From the NCBI GenBank assembly GCA_937625935.1, contig OW569390.1, forward strand, positions 310,001-374,000: DNA of 64,000 nt, read 5' to 3'. The stretch comes from Tetramitus jugosus (Eukaryota > Protista > Heterolobosea). Below, one piece after another: positions 33,340-44,959 of the stretch (position 1 is the first letter of the stretch; every line of letters starts with the position of its first letter). The notes below the pieces were generated by a model. That model saw nothing but the letters and a program-made list of their open reading frames with translations, made no database searches and was not told the origin of the DNA. Both the position numbers and the translations under genes were made by a program.

Positions 33340-34712
33340 TTATTCGTTAATACTGTTCCAAGAACTTCGGCCTACGTACAAATTTTTAGTTTGATCATGC
33401 TCATCATGTTCAATGTACAATTCATCATTCTGGTCTTCTGTCTTTCCTTCAGTCTTCAAAATTAACTTGAAGAACAAGAATTGCATCAAGATGGAAAAAT
33501 CCATGACTAACACTCCAGCAGAACCAATAATCCATGGCAACTATGTTCATCATAAAAATATGAGGCTATTATAAATTGAATCATATACAAATACAACACA
33601 AAACACACTTACCTTGCCTAGAATAAAGTTCTTTCTAGTGGAGAACAAAAAGATGGACAGAGAATAGGTAAGGTTACCCAAAAAAGCACACAAGAAGAGC
33701 ATCAAGCTCAAACCTTCAGTGGATCTTCTCTGGAAGTTCTTAATAATTTGAGGCACTCGAGAACCAAGGTACATGGTCGTACTGAAGCAACCAATGATAT
33801 AACCAATTTTATCCATTGGTCCCTTCAATGGCCAACCATCATCATAACCTGGGTCATTGTCATCACCACGGAAGATGATATGATGGTCATCCTCTGATGA
33901 TAAAACATCAAATTGACTATCAGCTGTCGTAGACAACAGCTTTCTGCCAGTTCCTATCGATCGGTGCAACACTGGAGATGATGACACTGAGGTCGAAGAA
34001 GAAGCATACGAGCTACATACAAGAGCAAACATGATCAAAATGACCACTGTCCACAGTGCACTTCTCAACAATGATTTCCCTTCATGATCTTCCTGTTGTT
34101 CTTGGACTTGTTGTTGCTTTCTTGCTCTCATTCGATCACGAGTCGTGTAAAAGATCCATTGAGTCACCAGAATGGTATCCATGCAAATATAGTAAACAGC
34201 AGTTACAATTTGACTGAGAAAGCGCACCCAAAAAATTCATGTTAGCTTTTCGTAGTTTCTCACCAGGCGCGCAACACTGGTCAACCGCCGGACAAATTTA
34301 CAACTATCACACAATGTCAAATGAAGAAATTACATACGTTGTCAATTGGCCTGTCAGCACAGCGCCCACCAAATTAAAAGAGTCACCCAGGACCCACTGA
34401 ACTAAAAATGCCAAATGCAATGATTTTGCACTGCCTTGTCGGAAATTGGCATATATTTGAGGAAAGTTCTATATTCACACACATGTGAAGATATCATCAT
34501 CCCATGCTGTTAGCTTTGATGCAACCTGCTGAGACAACAAAAAGCAACAAGTGATGAAAAAAACATACAGCAAATAACCAAAAAACAATGCTGCTAATAC
34601 CAATCCAAAAACTAGCTTGTTCCATTGGTGAGTGAACACACTCGCCAAACACATGGTCCATCCAATCAATACGGCGGTAACCGTGATTGTCATACAGTGT
34701 ACAATTCGTCAT
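33340..34712 (-). CDS. PQLC2: PQ-loop lysosomal cationic amino-acid transporter (PQLC2/Ypq), 4 exons (34712-34569, 34468-34338, 34213-33613, 33540-33340)
   Basis: All three introns keep the frame. Two PQ motifs (NFPQIYANFRQGS, SRVPQIIKNFQRRSTEGLS), WVLGDSFNLVG, LPWIIGSAGVLVMD. Confidence 0.9.
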
Positions 34713-35236
34713 ATCTTATTTTACTATTTCTATCTCTAGAGAAAAATTGTTATTCTTGCGTTGTTGTTTTTGATTTGTTGAGATATTAAAAGCTCAAATG
34801 CACAGGAGAAAAAAATGGATTTTTATGGCGTGTTCAAATGGCACCTTGTTTTTTCACACAGAGAGAGCTTCCAAGACAACACGTGAAATTTTCGATGGTT
34901 TTGTGCCAGATTGGAAACTATTCATCTGATAGTTTGCATTCCATGCACAATGTCTGGGAGGCTTATACCCTGAAGGCCGCAGCAACCGTGCGGGATCCCA
35001 TCGTGTTCACTATTCACTTTTCACGTTTGACCACAACAGCTCAAATAGCGGGCACTTATCACCAATGCCTTCAGATTTTCCGGCAGTCTGCAGTTCCGAC
35101 TGAAAAAGTATCTTCTGATCTCCATCTGTGGCCACTACTTGACTAAATGTGTTTTTCAACTTGAAAAACATTAGGTAGATAACTCTGGAGTGTGGAACAA
35201 TACATGAAAACAGTTGAGCCAATTCATTGATAATAT

Positions 35237-38200
35237 CTAGAAGGTGTATTTTAGATTGGGTTCTAAGAAATCTCTAATAATCTCCTTTGCCTTCTCTGCG
35301 ATAATCTTGTTTCTGTGGTGCTGTAGCTTCTTGATAGCACTGACTCCCTTTGCCTCCATTAAATGATCAATATATATATTTCTCTTCACTGGAACGTTGG
35401 AACTTGCACTGTCCAAGTTCAGCACTAAGCTGTTATTTGACTCATCCCCGGAAATGCTTGTGTCTGTTGATTGAGATGATGATGACAATGGTGACATGTT
35501 TGTGTCGCTGCTCTCCAAACTGTTGTTGCTACTGTTGTCCAATGAACATTGATGGAGGTGATCATGTTCGTTCAAATTTCGCACTGTTCTACACGATCTA
35601 CCTTCTTCACCAGCATGAAGAATGTTGCTGATTCCCTCAAGTGCAACACTCACGATGCTATTGTCCTTCTTCTTCAATAGAGAGCAGAAGGACTTGAGGC
35701 ATCCCTTCTCTACGAGGCACTGAATTTGTTCAGCATTTCCACCACTTGTGACATTACTAATGGCCCATGCAGCTTCCTTCTTCACATCAGCATCCTTTGA
35801 GCTTCGTAAAATGTTGTTCAGACGGGGGATCAATTTGGTCTCAATAACTGCAGTAATTTGCGTCTCAGAACCTGCAGTAATGTTTGAAATTGTGAAGCAA
35901 GCTTCTCTTCTGATAGACTTATTCTTATGCTTCAACAACTTGCTGAGTGATACCAGTGCTCCACTGTCAACAACTGTTTGTGTCTGATCCTCATTGCCAG
36001 TCACAATGTTGCCGATAGCTCTCAAGGCAGGTGTTTGCACAGATAATTTATTGTGCCTGATAAAGAGATCGATCATGAGTATTTTGATACAACAACACAA
36101 AAAATGATTCACAAACACACCACAACATACATTAACAAGTCAGTCAGGCGCTTCACCAGTCCAGGGCGTGCATTGACTACTGCTCCAATCCTCTCATCTG
36201 GACCATCACACAAATATGATATGGCCCAACAAACATGCGCCAAAATCTCCTCATCTCCAATATAGATGAATAATGCGAGTGTTGGGAGTGCTGGCTTAAT
36301 TAAATTGAAATCAGGAGTGGGCTTTCCTCCACAAAGATTGCTCAAGGTCCAAATTGCCTTTTCTAGCACACCTCGCTATCATAAGAACATCAAACAGTAC
36401 ATTAGTAAATATATGTTTTCTCTTTTCCGTGTCTACTCGTTGTTCGCACACACAAAAAAATTACATTGAAAATTGCTTGGGCGCTTTTGTTGTAATCAAA
36501 TAATCATACCTTTGAATTATAGGTGATCGTATTAATCAAATAAGTCAAAGCACCACTCTGCAATACTAGATCCCTATGTCTCGTATTATCACCCGCAATG
36601 TTACCCAGTGCATGAATGCTCTGCTCCAACACATCATCACTCTTTGTAGACTTTAGCAAATCAATGAATATTGGTATAGCACCATGCTTCACCACTTCTT
36701 CCGTGTGTGAACTGGTTCCACTTGCAATATTCGTCAAGGCCCATGCGGCTTCAAACTGATGAGTCGGTACATCGTGTCTCTGCAGGAAATTGATGAGCGC
36801 AGGCACCACTCCTACCAGGATCACTTGATCAATGGTTTCACTTTGATTCTTGTCCTGTGAAAGCAATTTTCTGAATGCGATCAGTGCCTTTAACTGATAT
36901 TTACTGTTCGAAGAGCTCAACTGCTTCATAAATTGCTTCAACTCCTTTTCAATATCTTTAAAACTTCTTGCTGCTTGATTCGTGTTGGATATTGACATTA
37001 GCGAAGGCGAATTGTTCATAATTGCCTGAGTTTTTGCAGGATTAGACAGCATACCTGATGAAATGAATACTGACGAGCCAGAATAGGCACCGTTATAATT
37101 GCCATTGTTGTTGTGACTACTACTACTAGTGTTATGGTGGTTGATTTGAATACTGTGATGAGTAGAAGTGGTGTTCAATGGCTTTGCAACAGTAACTGTA
37201 ATGTTGCTTCCATTGTTCATACTATTGGCAATATTGCTATTGACCAACTCTTGAATAAACTCATCTTCCTCCTTCTCCTTCTTTGCATGATCCAATGATG
37301 ATTTTTTTGATTTTTCCTTTTTTGATTTTTGCTTCTTCTTATTCTTGGACGATTGTTTGGGTTGCGATTGTTGTTGTTGCACACTCTTCAACAGCGCAAT
37401 TTGCTTCTTGGTCGCAATGGTATGAAGAATGGCACCACCATTGTTTCTCAATGCTGTCAGCCCAACACTTTTCAGAGCAGTAGGGTGTTTTGAAAGAACT
37501 CTTGTTTTGCCTTGGCTGCTGCTATTATTATTATTATTATTACTATTGCTATTATTATTATTCGTATGATTGCCACTATTGTTGTTGTTACTATTATTAT
37601 TGTTATTGTTGGTGTTATTACTATTGACTTGATTCGTAGACAACAATGGTTGTTGCATATTCTTGTGCTGCTGTTGTTGTTTTTTCGTTTGATGAACAAC
37701 AATAATGTCCTGTTGACCTTCTTCATCATATTCATCAGAGTCTTCATCTTCATCTTCGTCAGAGTCTTCATCATCATCATCATCTTCTTCTTCATAACTA
37801 CTATTGTCGTCTGATGATGCATCTTCATCATCATCTTCTTCCTCTTCATCATCTTCCTCTTCTTCATCATAGTGGTCACCATCATCATCATCATCATTAT
37901 TTTCTTCAATTTCATATCTCACACTCTTATCTGTGCCATTGCTCTCATCACTGCGTGGCTGATAATGATCGCTCATTGTTTCTTGCACTGATAATGTAGT
38001 GTCATGTTCTTGAACAACAATATGCTCAGTTTGTTGTTGTTGATGTTGTTGTGATGAATCATAGTGATAATAGGGATCACTATGATGATGGTGATGGACA
38101 CGATGATGATGATGAATATGATGATGATTCACCATTGATTGATAAGAGTGATCAATCAACGGCGCAAATGATGATAAGGGATATGATGATCCATGTACAA

Positions 38201-38591
38201 TCACACCATCTCGATTGCTATTGTTGTTGTTGTCTTCATCAACAAAATCAATGTTTCCATTCAGAGGAGGATGTGTCAAGAAGGACATTGGTTGTTGATG
38301 GTGATTTTGGTTGTGATGATGATGGTGATGATGGTGAGCATGTACATCATAAAAATAATTTTCTTCATCATCGTCGTCATCATCACGATTGACGCTAATC
38401 AATGAGCGATTGCGCTTTGTAAACTCTGTAGGAGCATTTTGTGGTTGAATGATTGCAAATTTGTTTTGTGAATGAATTCTGCGTTGTTGATGAATTTGAT
38501 GCTCTTGATGAAAGAGACTGTTGAGTTCATCGAGCTTTGATTGTTGTTGCTGTAGCTGTTGTTGTTGAGTTGTTGTCGTCGATTCACTCAT
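35237..38591 (-). CDS. Importin-alpha-like ARM protein with ~550-aa low-complexity N-terminal extension, 3 exons (38591-36510, 36375-36131, 36056-35237)
   Basis: QFEAAWALTNIASGTS, ALGNIAGD, WTLSNLCGGKP, WAISYLCDG, PALRAIGNIVTG, KEAAWAISN. Introns 36509-36376 and 36130-36057 are in frame. Confidence 0.9.
37520..37910. repeat. Imperfect trinucleotide repeats (AAT/AAC, GAT/GAA on the minus strand) encoding poly-Asn and Asp/Glu tracts
   Basis: Visible tta/ttg and tca/tct runs on the + strand inside the importin-alpha ORF. Confidence 0.85.
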
Positions 38592-39232
38592 TCCACACAG
38601 CTGCACCACGAAAAAAACAATGTAATTTTTTTTCTATTCGATGGTGAATGAAGAAGATTGGTCGATGATTTGTCTACTTGGTGGTGATTTGATTGACCAA
38701 AATTTGAATCTTTTTGGACGAAAGTTTTGCTTGTTTCACGCAATTTTGGCTTCTCTCCGCCAGTGGATGCGCAATGAGAAAAAAGTTCCTTGAATGAAGA
38801 TGTAAGTTTTTTTCAAAGTTTTCTATGTTTCCCTTCTCACATCATTGTGGGTGTACTGAATACCAGCGAAAGCAAAGGAGATGTATGAGATTGAAGCAAA
38901 AGCATTTACACATTGTAAAGGCATGTCACCGAACTCCGAAAACACGGAGAAAATATTGGCGGATTTTTCATTTCGGCTCGGACGAAGAAGAGTTTTCGTG
39001 CGATAATCGCCAAAAACAGCCCAATGCCTATCCGAAGGCAAGTCCTCGCTGAATTCCCTTGGAATCCCGCCGTCTCTTCGAACAAAGGACGCTCTTTTCA
39101 ATCGTTGGTGATGCTGTGATTGGATTGTCTTCTTCCCATTGTCCTGCTCTATTCCTTTCCAACAAAACACCAAAACACAATAATACCTGTACACCAACAT
39201 CACCAACACGCCCATCATACTGTTTCTCGAAC

Positions 39233-40993
39233 ATGTTCCGAAGTCACCCAATAGAAAGCAGGCGTGGTTCACAGAGCAGTGAAACTACGAATAGCCACAA
39301 TAGCAAACCACCCAAGCTGAGGCGGAATTCCGAGGACATTGATTTTTCATACTTGAATGATACGAGTAGCTATCACAGATGCTTGTTCTCTTCTGTCATT
39401 CTACTCATTGTTCTGTGCATTGGTTTCATGGTGCTGGTCTCCAGTTTTGTCGCCAGTGCAGTCTCCTCTGATTATCGAGACCTGGACAGTGATTTGGGAA
39501 CTACCATTTCAGAAATTTTACATGCTGGCAATAACAATAACAAGTATGACGAACAACTACAACAACCACCACAACCACAACAACTACAACAACTACAACA
39601 ACTACAACTCCCACAGAACCAATCACTACAACAACAACAAGCACCCCAGCAACCAAATCGCCATCCGCTGCCACCTCCACGGCAAAGAGTTCCCCCTAAG
39701 CGCGTTCGTTTCATCCCGCGACCAGATCCTTACCACCAACAATCGATCGCAAAATTTTTGAGCGAAACAAGCGAGGATGAGCGCCAAAATTGGATTACGG
39801 CCGAGTTCAAGCGGATTAAGCAAGCTACAGTAGCGACGAATGACGACGACACAAAAAAGGTGACCATTGAGCTCTATACGATTACAAACAATAATGAAAA
39901 TCGAACCGTTTCCACTTCTTTTGAGACACTCGACGAGAACAGTAGTGCGTTTCTCTATTACAAGTATGTGCTCAATGAGACGTTGGATGATAAGCTCAAG
40001 AGAGTGTCTTCTCCGTTGGTGGTTGACAAAGAATCGATAGATTATGATCCAAAGAATCGAGAGGTCATTGTTACGACTGCAACCTATTCCTTTAGAAATT
40101 TTTTGTACAATTGGATGTGCAGCATTCAAAATATGGAGAAGGAAAACAACATGTCATTGACGAGTAACAGCGGAGAGGAGAAACCAAGGAGCTTATTGGA
40201 TCGATTGATCATTTATACGACTGATCACACGCTTGCCTGGGAACTCGTTTCGAAACGAAAGTTTTTCAATGTTCATATCGACTGGAAAGCTTCTCGCGAC
40301 ACGAATGCAAACTCTCCTTCTTCTCTATCGTTCAACACACTGGCCTATCAGAGATTGATCATGTACCGGACGTTGTTCATTAATCAAGTGCTCAATACGT
40401 ATAATTACACGCTCTTGTTGGCTGATAATGATGCAGTTTGGCTGAGAGATCCTTTCCCTGTGCTCAAGAGTAAGGAATATGAAAATTATGATCTGGTTGC
40501 TCAGAATGATGCGCTACCAAAAGGAGCAAACTTGACCTGTGGTGGATTCCTCTATTTGAAGAACACTGAGGGCATGAGATATGTTTGGGCGAATATTACA
40601 TCCCAGTTTACAACTCTGATATCGAATACGGTTCGTCCAGCATCCTTGAACGAGCAAGAAATGTTGCCAAAGTTTGATGGAAAGCAGTATAAGATTGCTT
40701 ACCTGCCCAAGAGTTGGTTTCCAACTGGAAAGGACTACTTTGAACTGTCACGCGAGCCTCGACTTGACTACCCAGCAGTTCACGTCGTTCATAACAACTT
40801 TGTGATTGGTTCAGTGAAAAAGTTGGTTCGATTCCAAAAGTATAACAAGTATTTGTGGCAAGTCGATGCATACAAGGATTACAAGTGCGAGGAAAGAGTG
40901 ATGCCTGATTTGTCAAAGATTACGATGCCACCCCCACCTCCACCCACACCTCCTCGAAAGAGAGTTAACAATGTCTTCTCTCGACGGACATAA
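39233..40993 (+). CDS. Nucleotide-diphospho-sugar transferase (GT77-like), type II membrane protein
   Basis: N-terminal TM, Q/P-rich stem, LLLADNDAVWLRDPF (DxD), CGGFLYLKNT, NEQ, VVHNNF...KK..RF. Confidence 0.85.
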   Translation: MFRSHPIESRRGSQSSETTNSHNSKPPKLRRNSEDIDFSYLNDTSSYHRCLFSSVILLIVLCIGFMVLVSSFVASAVSSDYRDLDSDLGTTISEILHAGNNNNKYDEQLQQPPQPQQLQQLQQLQLPQNQSLQQQQAPQQPNRHPLPPPRQRVPPKRVRFIPRPDPYHQQSIAKFLSETSEDERQNWITAEFKRIKQATVATNDDDTKKVTIELYTITNNNENRTVSTSFETLDENSSAFLYYKYVLNETLDDKLKRVSSPLVVDKESIDYDPKNREVIVTTATYSFRNFLYNWMCSIQNMEKENNMSLTSNSGEEKPRSLLDRLIIYTTDHTLAWELVSKRKFFNVHIDWKASRDTNANSPSSLSFNTLAYQRLIMYRTLFINQVLNTYNYTLLLADNDAVWLRDPFPVLKSKEYENYDLVAQNDALPKGANLTCGGFLYLKNTEGMRYVWANITSQFTTLISNTVRPASLNEQEMLPKFDGKQYKIAYLPKSWFPTGKDYFELSREPRLDYPAVHVVHNNFVIGSVKKLVRFQKYNKYLWQVDAYKDYKCEERVMPDLSKITMPPPPPPTPPRKRVNNVFSRRT

Positions 40994-41010
40994 ACTAACT
41001 TTATTTCAAG

Positions 41011-42441
41011 TTATTCTCTCTTTTCATTCAGATTATTCAGTGATTGAACACGGGCCAATCGTTCCAACTTTTGTTCGTAGGCTGACTTTGTCCAATCATG
41101 CGGTTTCAATCCCTCGTCCAACATTCGGTGCCACACTCTTTTCACCTCGTCAACACTCTTACTTTCGTTGATTTCGTGAATGTATTCGAGTGATGGATCT
41201 TCTGGGTGCATCTTACACTTGGTTCGACTATCGAAACACAAGGATGCAAGCTCGAGCAACCGATCACTGCTGGTGACATCTAAAGCTTCTGGTCGCAATC
41301 TGGCCTTTTCAAAAAATCGAAATCCTGCTCGCTTCTCCAACTCCCCAATCGGCACTTCATAAGTGGATAGATCCACCTCTGGTTTAATGTATTCGTTGGG
41401 CAACAAAAAGGCACTCATCACAAGAGACTTTTTCTCTGTTTCGTTGCCTTGTGGCGAGTTCTTTTCTGCTAGTACAACCTTGTACAGATGAGTTGGTACA
41501 TGGACTTGTCCATCTCCAATCACTTCATGGGTCAATACTCTCTTCACAGGTGTCTCTTCACCCAGATCATTGCGACCACGCTCCAAATACTGATCGTGAT
41601 CCTTTGGCAAAAACAATGGACCAGTGATCACATGCACTTGACCGTACTCTCGAGGTAAATTACGCACAAAAGTCTCAAATCTTCTCCAATAACCTCTATT
41701 GTTTCTTGCGTTCTGTGGCACAATATTCTGATTCAAATAGAATGTCTGGTTCAGTGCATGTTGTGACGATCTCATATCACCTGCTGGGATCATGTGACCA
41801 CGATCATAACCAGAGTGCCAATAATCACCATTGGAAGCTCTGAATATATCATCCATGTGATCGTTTGGATCAGGACCAAACACAGATCTCTCTCTCGTCA
41901 CTTCATCTGCATTTTGTGTAGTTGTAGCTGCATTTGTAGAGGCATTCGAAGATCTTCTTCGTCTCAAAGTTTCCGTGCTCAGTGTGTTGGCTACCCACAG
42001 AGGAATCTTTCTTGCTTGATCAACCTTTGAAATGTACTGATCATAGAAGAACAAGTGAGAGGAAACAGATGCATTTTCTTGCACTTCTTCACTACTAATA
42101 CTACTATGACTCGCAGCATTTGCAACATTGACATCAGGCAGACCATGGTGCAAAATGGGATACTTTTGAAGCAATTTTTGCTCATGTTCCTCCTTGACTT
42201 GTTCCTCGTGTTGATACTTGGCAACAACCTTGTGCAATTCGTCCTTTCTTTGCTTCATTTCATTAATCTTTGTACGTTGTTCTTCAATGGTATGCCTCAG
42301 TTCTTGCATTTGCTTTTGGTGACGCTTGACTAGACGTTTTGGCTCAATAATGTCCATTTCATAGGTGAATGCAGCAGTACTGGCACCGATCACGAGGAAT
42401 GCACCAGCGATACCTACAAGTTTTCTTGATGAAGATGCCAT
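41011..42441 (-). CDS. Mitochondrial DNA/RNA non-specific endonuclease (EndoG/EXOG/Nuc1 family) with C-terminal wing-like extension
   Basis: SGYDRGHMIPA, NQTFYL..NIVPQ...NNRGYW..FE, VITGPLF, VHVPTHLYKV; N-terminal hydrophobic anchor and coiled coil. Confidence 0.92.
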   Translation of the reverse strand: MASSSRKLVGIAGAFLVIGASTAAFTYEMDIIEPKRLVKRHQKQMQELRHTIEEQRTKINEMKQRKDELHKVVAKYQHEEQVKEEHEQKLLQKYPILHHGLPDVNVANAASHSSISSEEVQENASVSSHLFFYDQYISKVDQARKIPLWVANTLSTETLRRRRSSNASTNAATTTQNADEVTRERSVFGPDPNDHMDDIFRASNGDYWHSGYDRGHMIPAGDMRSSQHALNQTFYLNQNIVPQNARNNRGYWRRFETFVRNLPREYGQVHVITGPLFLPKDHDQYLERGRNDLGEETPVKRVLTHEVIGDGQVHVPTHLYKVVLAEKNSPQGNETEKKSLVMSAFLLPNEYIKPEVDLSTYEVPIGELEKRAGFRFFEKARLRPEALDVTSSDRLLELASLCFDSRTKCKMHPEDPSLEYIHEINESKSVDEVKRVWHRMLDEGLKPHDWTKSAYEQKLERLARVQSLNNLNEKRE

Positions 42442-42599
42442 TTCAATATGGTGGTTTTTGTGGTTGGGCTTGCTTTTGTTTTTGTTTTTTGGGCGATCTG
42501 AAAGATTCGATTTTTGATGTTGGTTTTTGGGAATTGAAATGATTCAGGAAGAGAACTGGTTTGAAGGAAGTTCTCCTCCTGTCAAATTCATTCATTTTT

Positions 42600-44639
42600 C
42601 TAGAGTGTGAGATGAGGTTGCTTACTAATCGGAGTGGGTGCCTTTCTAGTCAGAGATTTGCTCTGTTTGTTACGTTTCTTGAGAAAATCCTTGTGTTGCT
42701 GAGTGAGGGCATACTTCCAATCTCTGCATTGTATGGCATCTGCAGATCGATCCGATCTGTCATACAGTGCTCGTGAACGGTCCAGAAGAGACAACTTTTC
42801 CAGAACGGGGACAGACTCAGAGTTTACAATATCTCGAATCATGAGTAGTGAAATCTCATGGTTCATATTGTTCTGAAGATAGGTAGTCACCAAACGAATC
42901 TTGTACCAATCACCTGGCAGAACCATGAAATCCTTGAAAAATGTCACTGTTTGCTCAGCTCGAGCTAGATCGTTCTGAGACAGATAATAGGACAGCATGA
43001 GATACACTGTTTGATCATTCACTACAGCATGATGCTTCTTGATCATGTCAAAAGCCTCTTCTAGCAATGAAAATTGCAACAGGGATTTCAACAATTGATT
43101 TAAGATGTAGGAAGAAAATTGACCGAGAGTTAAAATGTTTCGCTCTGTTTGCAGCAATGCATCTCGATGATCATCTCTGAGCACAACATCCTTCAAATTC
43201 CGAATCGTATTATTAATAAAATAGTTGGCAAACAGTTCTACCGTTTCCAAGTCTTGTTGAATACCAAAGCTCGTTCTCAAGTAATTAAATAGCTCAATCG
43301 ATGTCTCTATATTGTTCTTTGGCAACAATTGTTTCAACAGAGCATTCAACGACTTCACATTGATATCAAATCCAGATTCGTTCAACCGTTTCAAAAACAA
43401 ATCGACATAAACTCGCTCGTTTGTTTTTGCAACACGAGACAACATGAGCAACGCATTATCGTTTTGAATGCGCACATGAGAAATGTACTTGATTGTAATC
43501 TCTTCAATTCTCGGATCCTTCCATCTCCCAGCAATCAACAACACTGCAGAAACAACATCATCATGATACTTGAACTGTTCTGGAATCAACTGTAAAAACT
43601 CTATAAACGATTGAATATTCTCCTCTACTCCATAATAATGAGACAATGACCGAACGACAACAACGTACGGTATGACTGATCCATGCGTGTGCGTCAACAA
43701 TCTCTTTCTCACATAATCATTCACTTTCTCCATGTCAAAAACAATTGGATCCGGTGCATTCTTCCTCGTACAATACACTTGTTTCTTACACTCGGCCTGA
43801 ATCATCATATCATAACAAAACGAGTTTGGATTCACAATTTTTTGAAACAAGTACTCACATTCATCATACTTTCGACTCACCAACAAGTGAAACAAGAAAT
43901 CACCCATGACATATGCATTAAAATCTCCACTCTTCAAATATTCTTCACCCCAAGAAACGATCAATTCTGGTCTGTTGTGCAACGATGTGAAAATTGGCTC
44001 TCTTTGTTCCTTGTTGACACGCGAATGAGTGATACTTGATGTGAGTGACTTTAATATGGGTTTTAACTGATCGGCAATCGTGTCTTTTGATATGAATTTG
44101 TTGTTGATGAGTGATCGAGTCAATTGAAGTGCCATCATCCATTCATCGAATTGACTCTTGATCAAATACTCACTCTTTTCATCACTTTGACTCATGATAT
44201 GATTTTTACTATTGTTATTCTTGTTATTCTTGTTATTGTGCTGGTGATGATGATGATGAACAAAATTTTGTTGTTGTACGTGTTGAACAGCAAAAAACAG
44301 AGAAATGGCTTGATAAATTGATTCAATTTGTTGTTGTTGTTGATCGTTACTGACGTGACACAATCGTTTCATTTCAAATTGTATGGTCGATTGAGTGAAA
44401 TCTTGACCCTTGTTCAACTCCATTTGAACAATCTTTTCCATCCATTGACGCTCTAACTGAGGTCGGTGATGATGATGATGATGATGAGGAATCAAAGTTG
44501 AGTCATCATTCGTGTAATGACGACATAGTGAGTTTTGAGTAGGAGAATTGTTTAGGCAGAGGGGAAGGTTGAGGCGAAGGAGCTCGCGAGATGATTTTTG
44601 GAGCCTGGAGAGGCGTAGTGATGCGTAACGAAGCATCAT
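42600..44639 (-). CDS. Mitochondrion-targeted helical-repeat (PPR-like) protein
   Basis: Arg/Leu/Ser presequence MMLRYASLRLSRL. Degenerate ~35-aa repeats (PNSFCYDMMIQA, NVKSLNALLKQL, NDQTVYLMLSYY). Confidence 0.6.
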   Translation of the reverse strand: MMLRYASLRLSRLQKSSRELLRLNLPLCLNNSPTQNSLCRHYTNDDSTLIPHHHHHHHRPQLERQWMEKIVQMELNKGQDFTQSTIQFEMKRLCHVSNDQQQQQIESIYQAISLFFAVQHVQQQNFVHHHHHQHNNKNNKNNNSKNHIMSQSDEKSEYLIKSQFDEWMMALQLTRSLINNKFISKDTIADQLKPILKSLTSSITHSRVNKEQREPIFTSLHNRPELIVSWGEEYLKSGDFNAYVMGDFLFHLLVSRKYDECEYLFQKIVNPNSFCYDMMIQAECKKQVYCTRKNAPDPIVFDMEKVNDYVRKRLLTHTHGSVIPYVVVVRSLSHYYGVEENIQSFIEFLQLIPEQFKYHDDVVSAVLLIAGRWKDPRIEEITIKYISHVRIQNDNALLMLSRVAKTNERVYVDLFLKRLNESGFDINVKSLNALLKQLLPKNNIETSIELFNYLRTSFGIQQDLETVELFANYFINNTIRNLKDVVLRDDHRDALLQTERNILTLGQFSSYILNQLLKSLLQFSLLEEAFDMIKKHHAVVNDQTVYLMLSYYLSQNDLARAEQTVTFFKDFMVLPGDWYKIRLVTTYLQNNMNHEISLLMIRDIVNSESVPVLEKLSLLDRSRALYDRSDRSADAIQCRDWKYALTQQHKDFLKKRNKQSKSLTRKAPTPISKQPHLTL

Positions 44640-44959
44640 CAAAGATATGTTGTGTTTTGTTTGTTGTGAAAATGCAAAATGCACTGAAACAGAAAAGCTA
44701 TTTCATCCGATGAGAGCACTTTCTGCGGAAAGGACAGGAAAAACTTTGGTAAAATGCATCAGTAGATCCAATTTGTTTCTCTACATATATGCGTTTGGAC
44801 ATATGCTTGTCTATTAAATTGTGTAACATCACTTGCGATAGGGTAGGCTTTACGTAATCGTTGCATAGGAAAAGGTGGTTGTCGAATGTACAAATTAATT
44901 TTGGGTCGAGATAAGTCTCGGCGGAGAAAATTGAGACAGAAGAGAAATGAAAGTGCCAA

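Noticed and set aside
37472-38405. Poly-Met/Ile/His ORFs in alternative frames
   Set aside because: Shadow translations of the trinucleotide repeats in the importin-alpha gene.
38820-39230. ORFs of 68-149 aa in the importin/GT77 divergent gap
   Set aside because: No motifs, mostly non-ATG starts and mutually overlapping. Treated as promoter or relic sequence.
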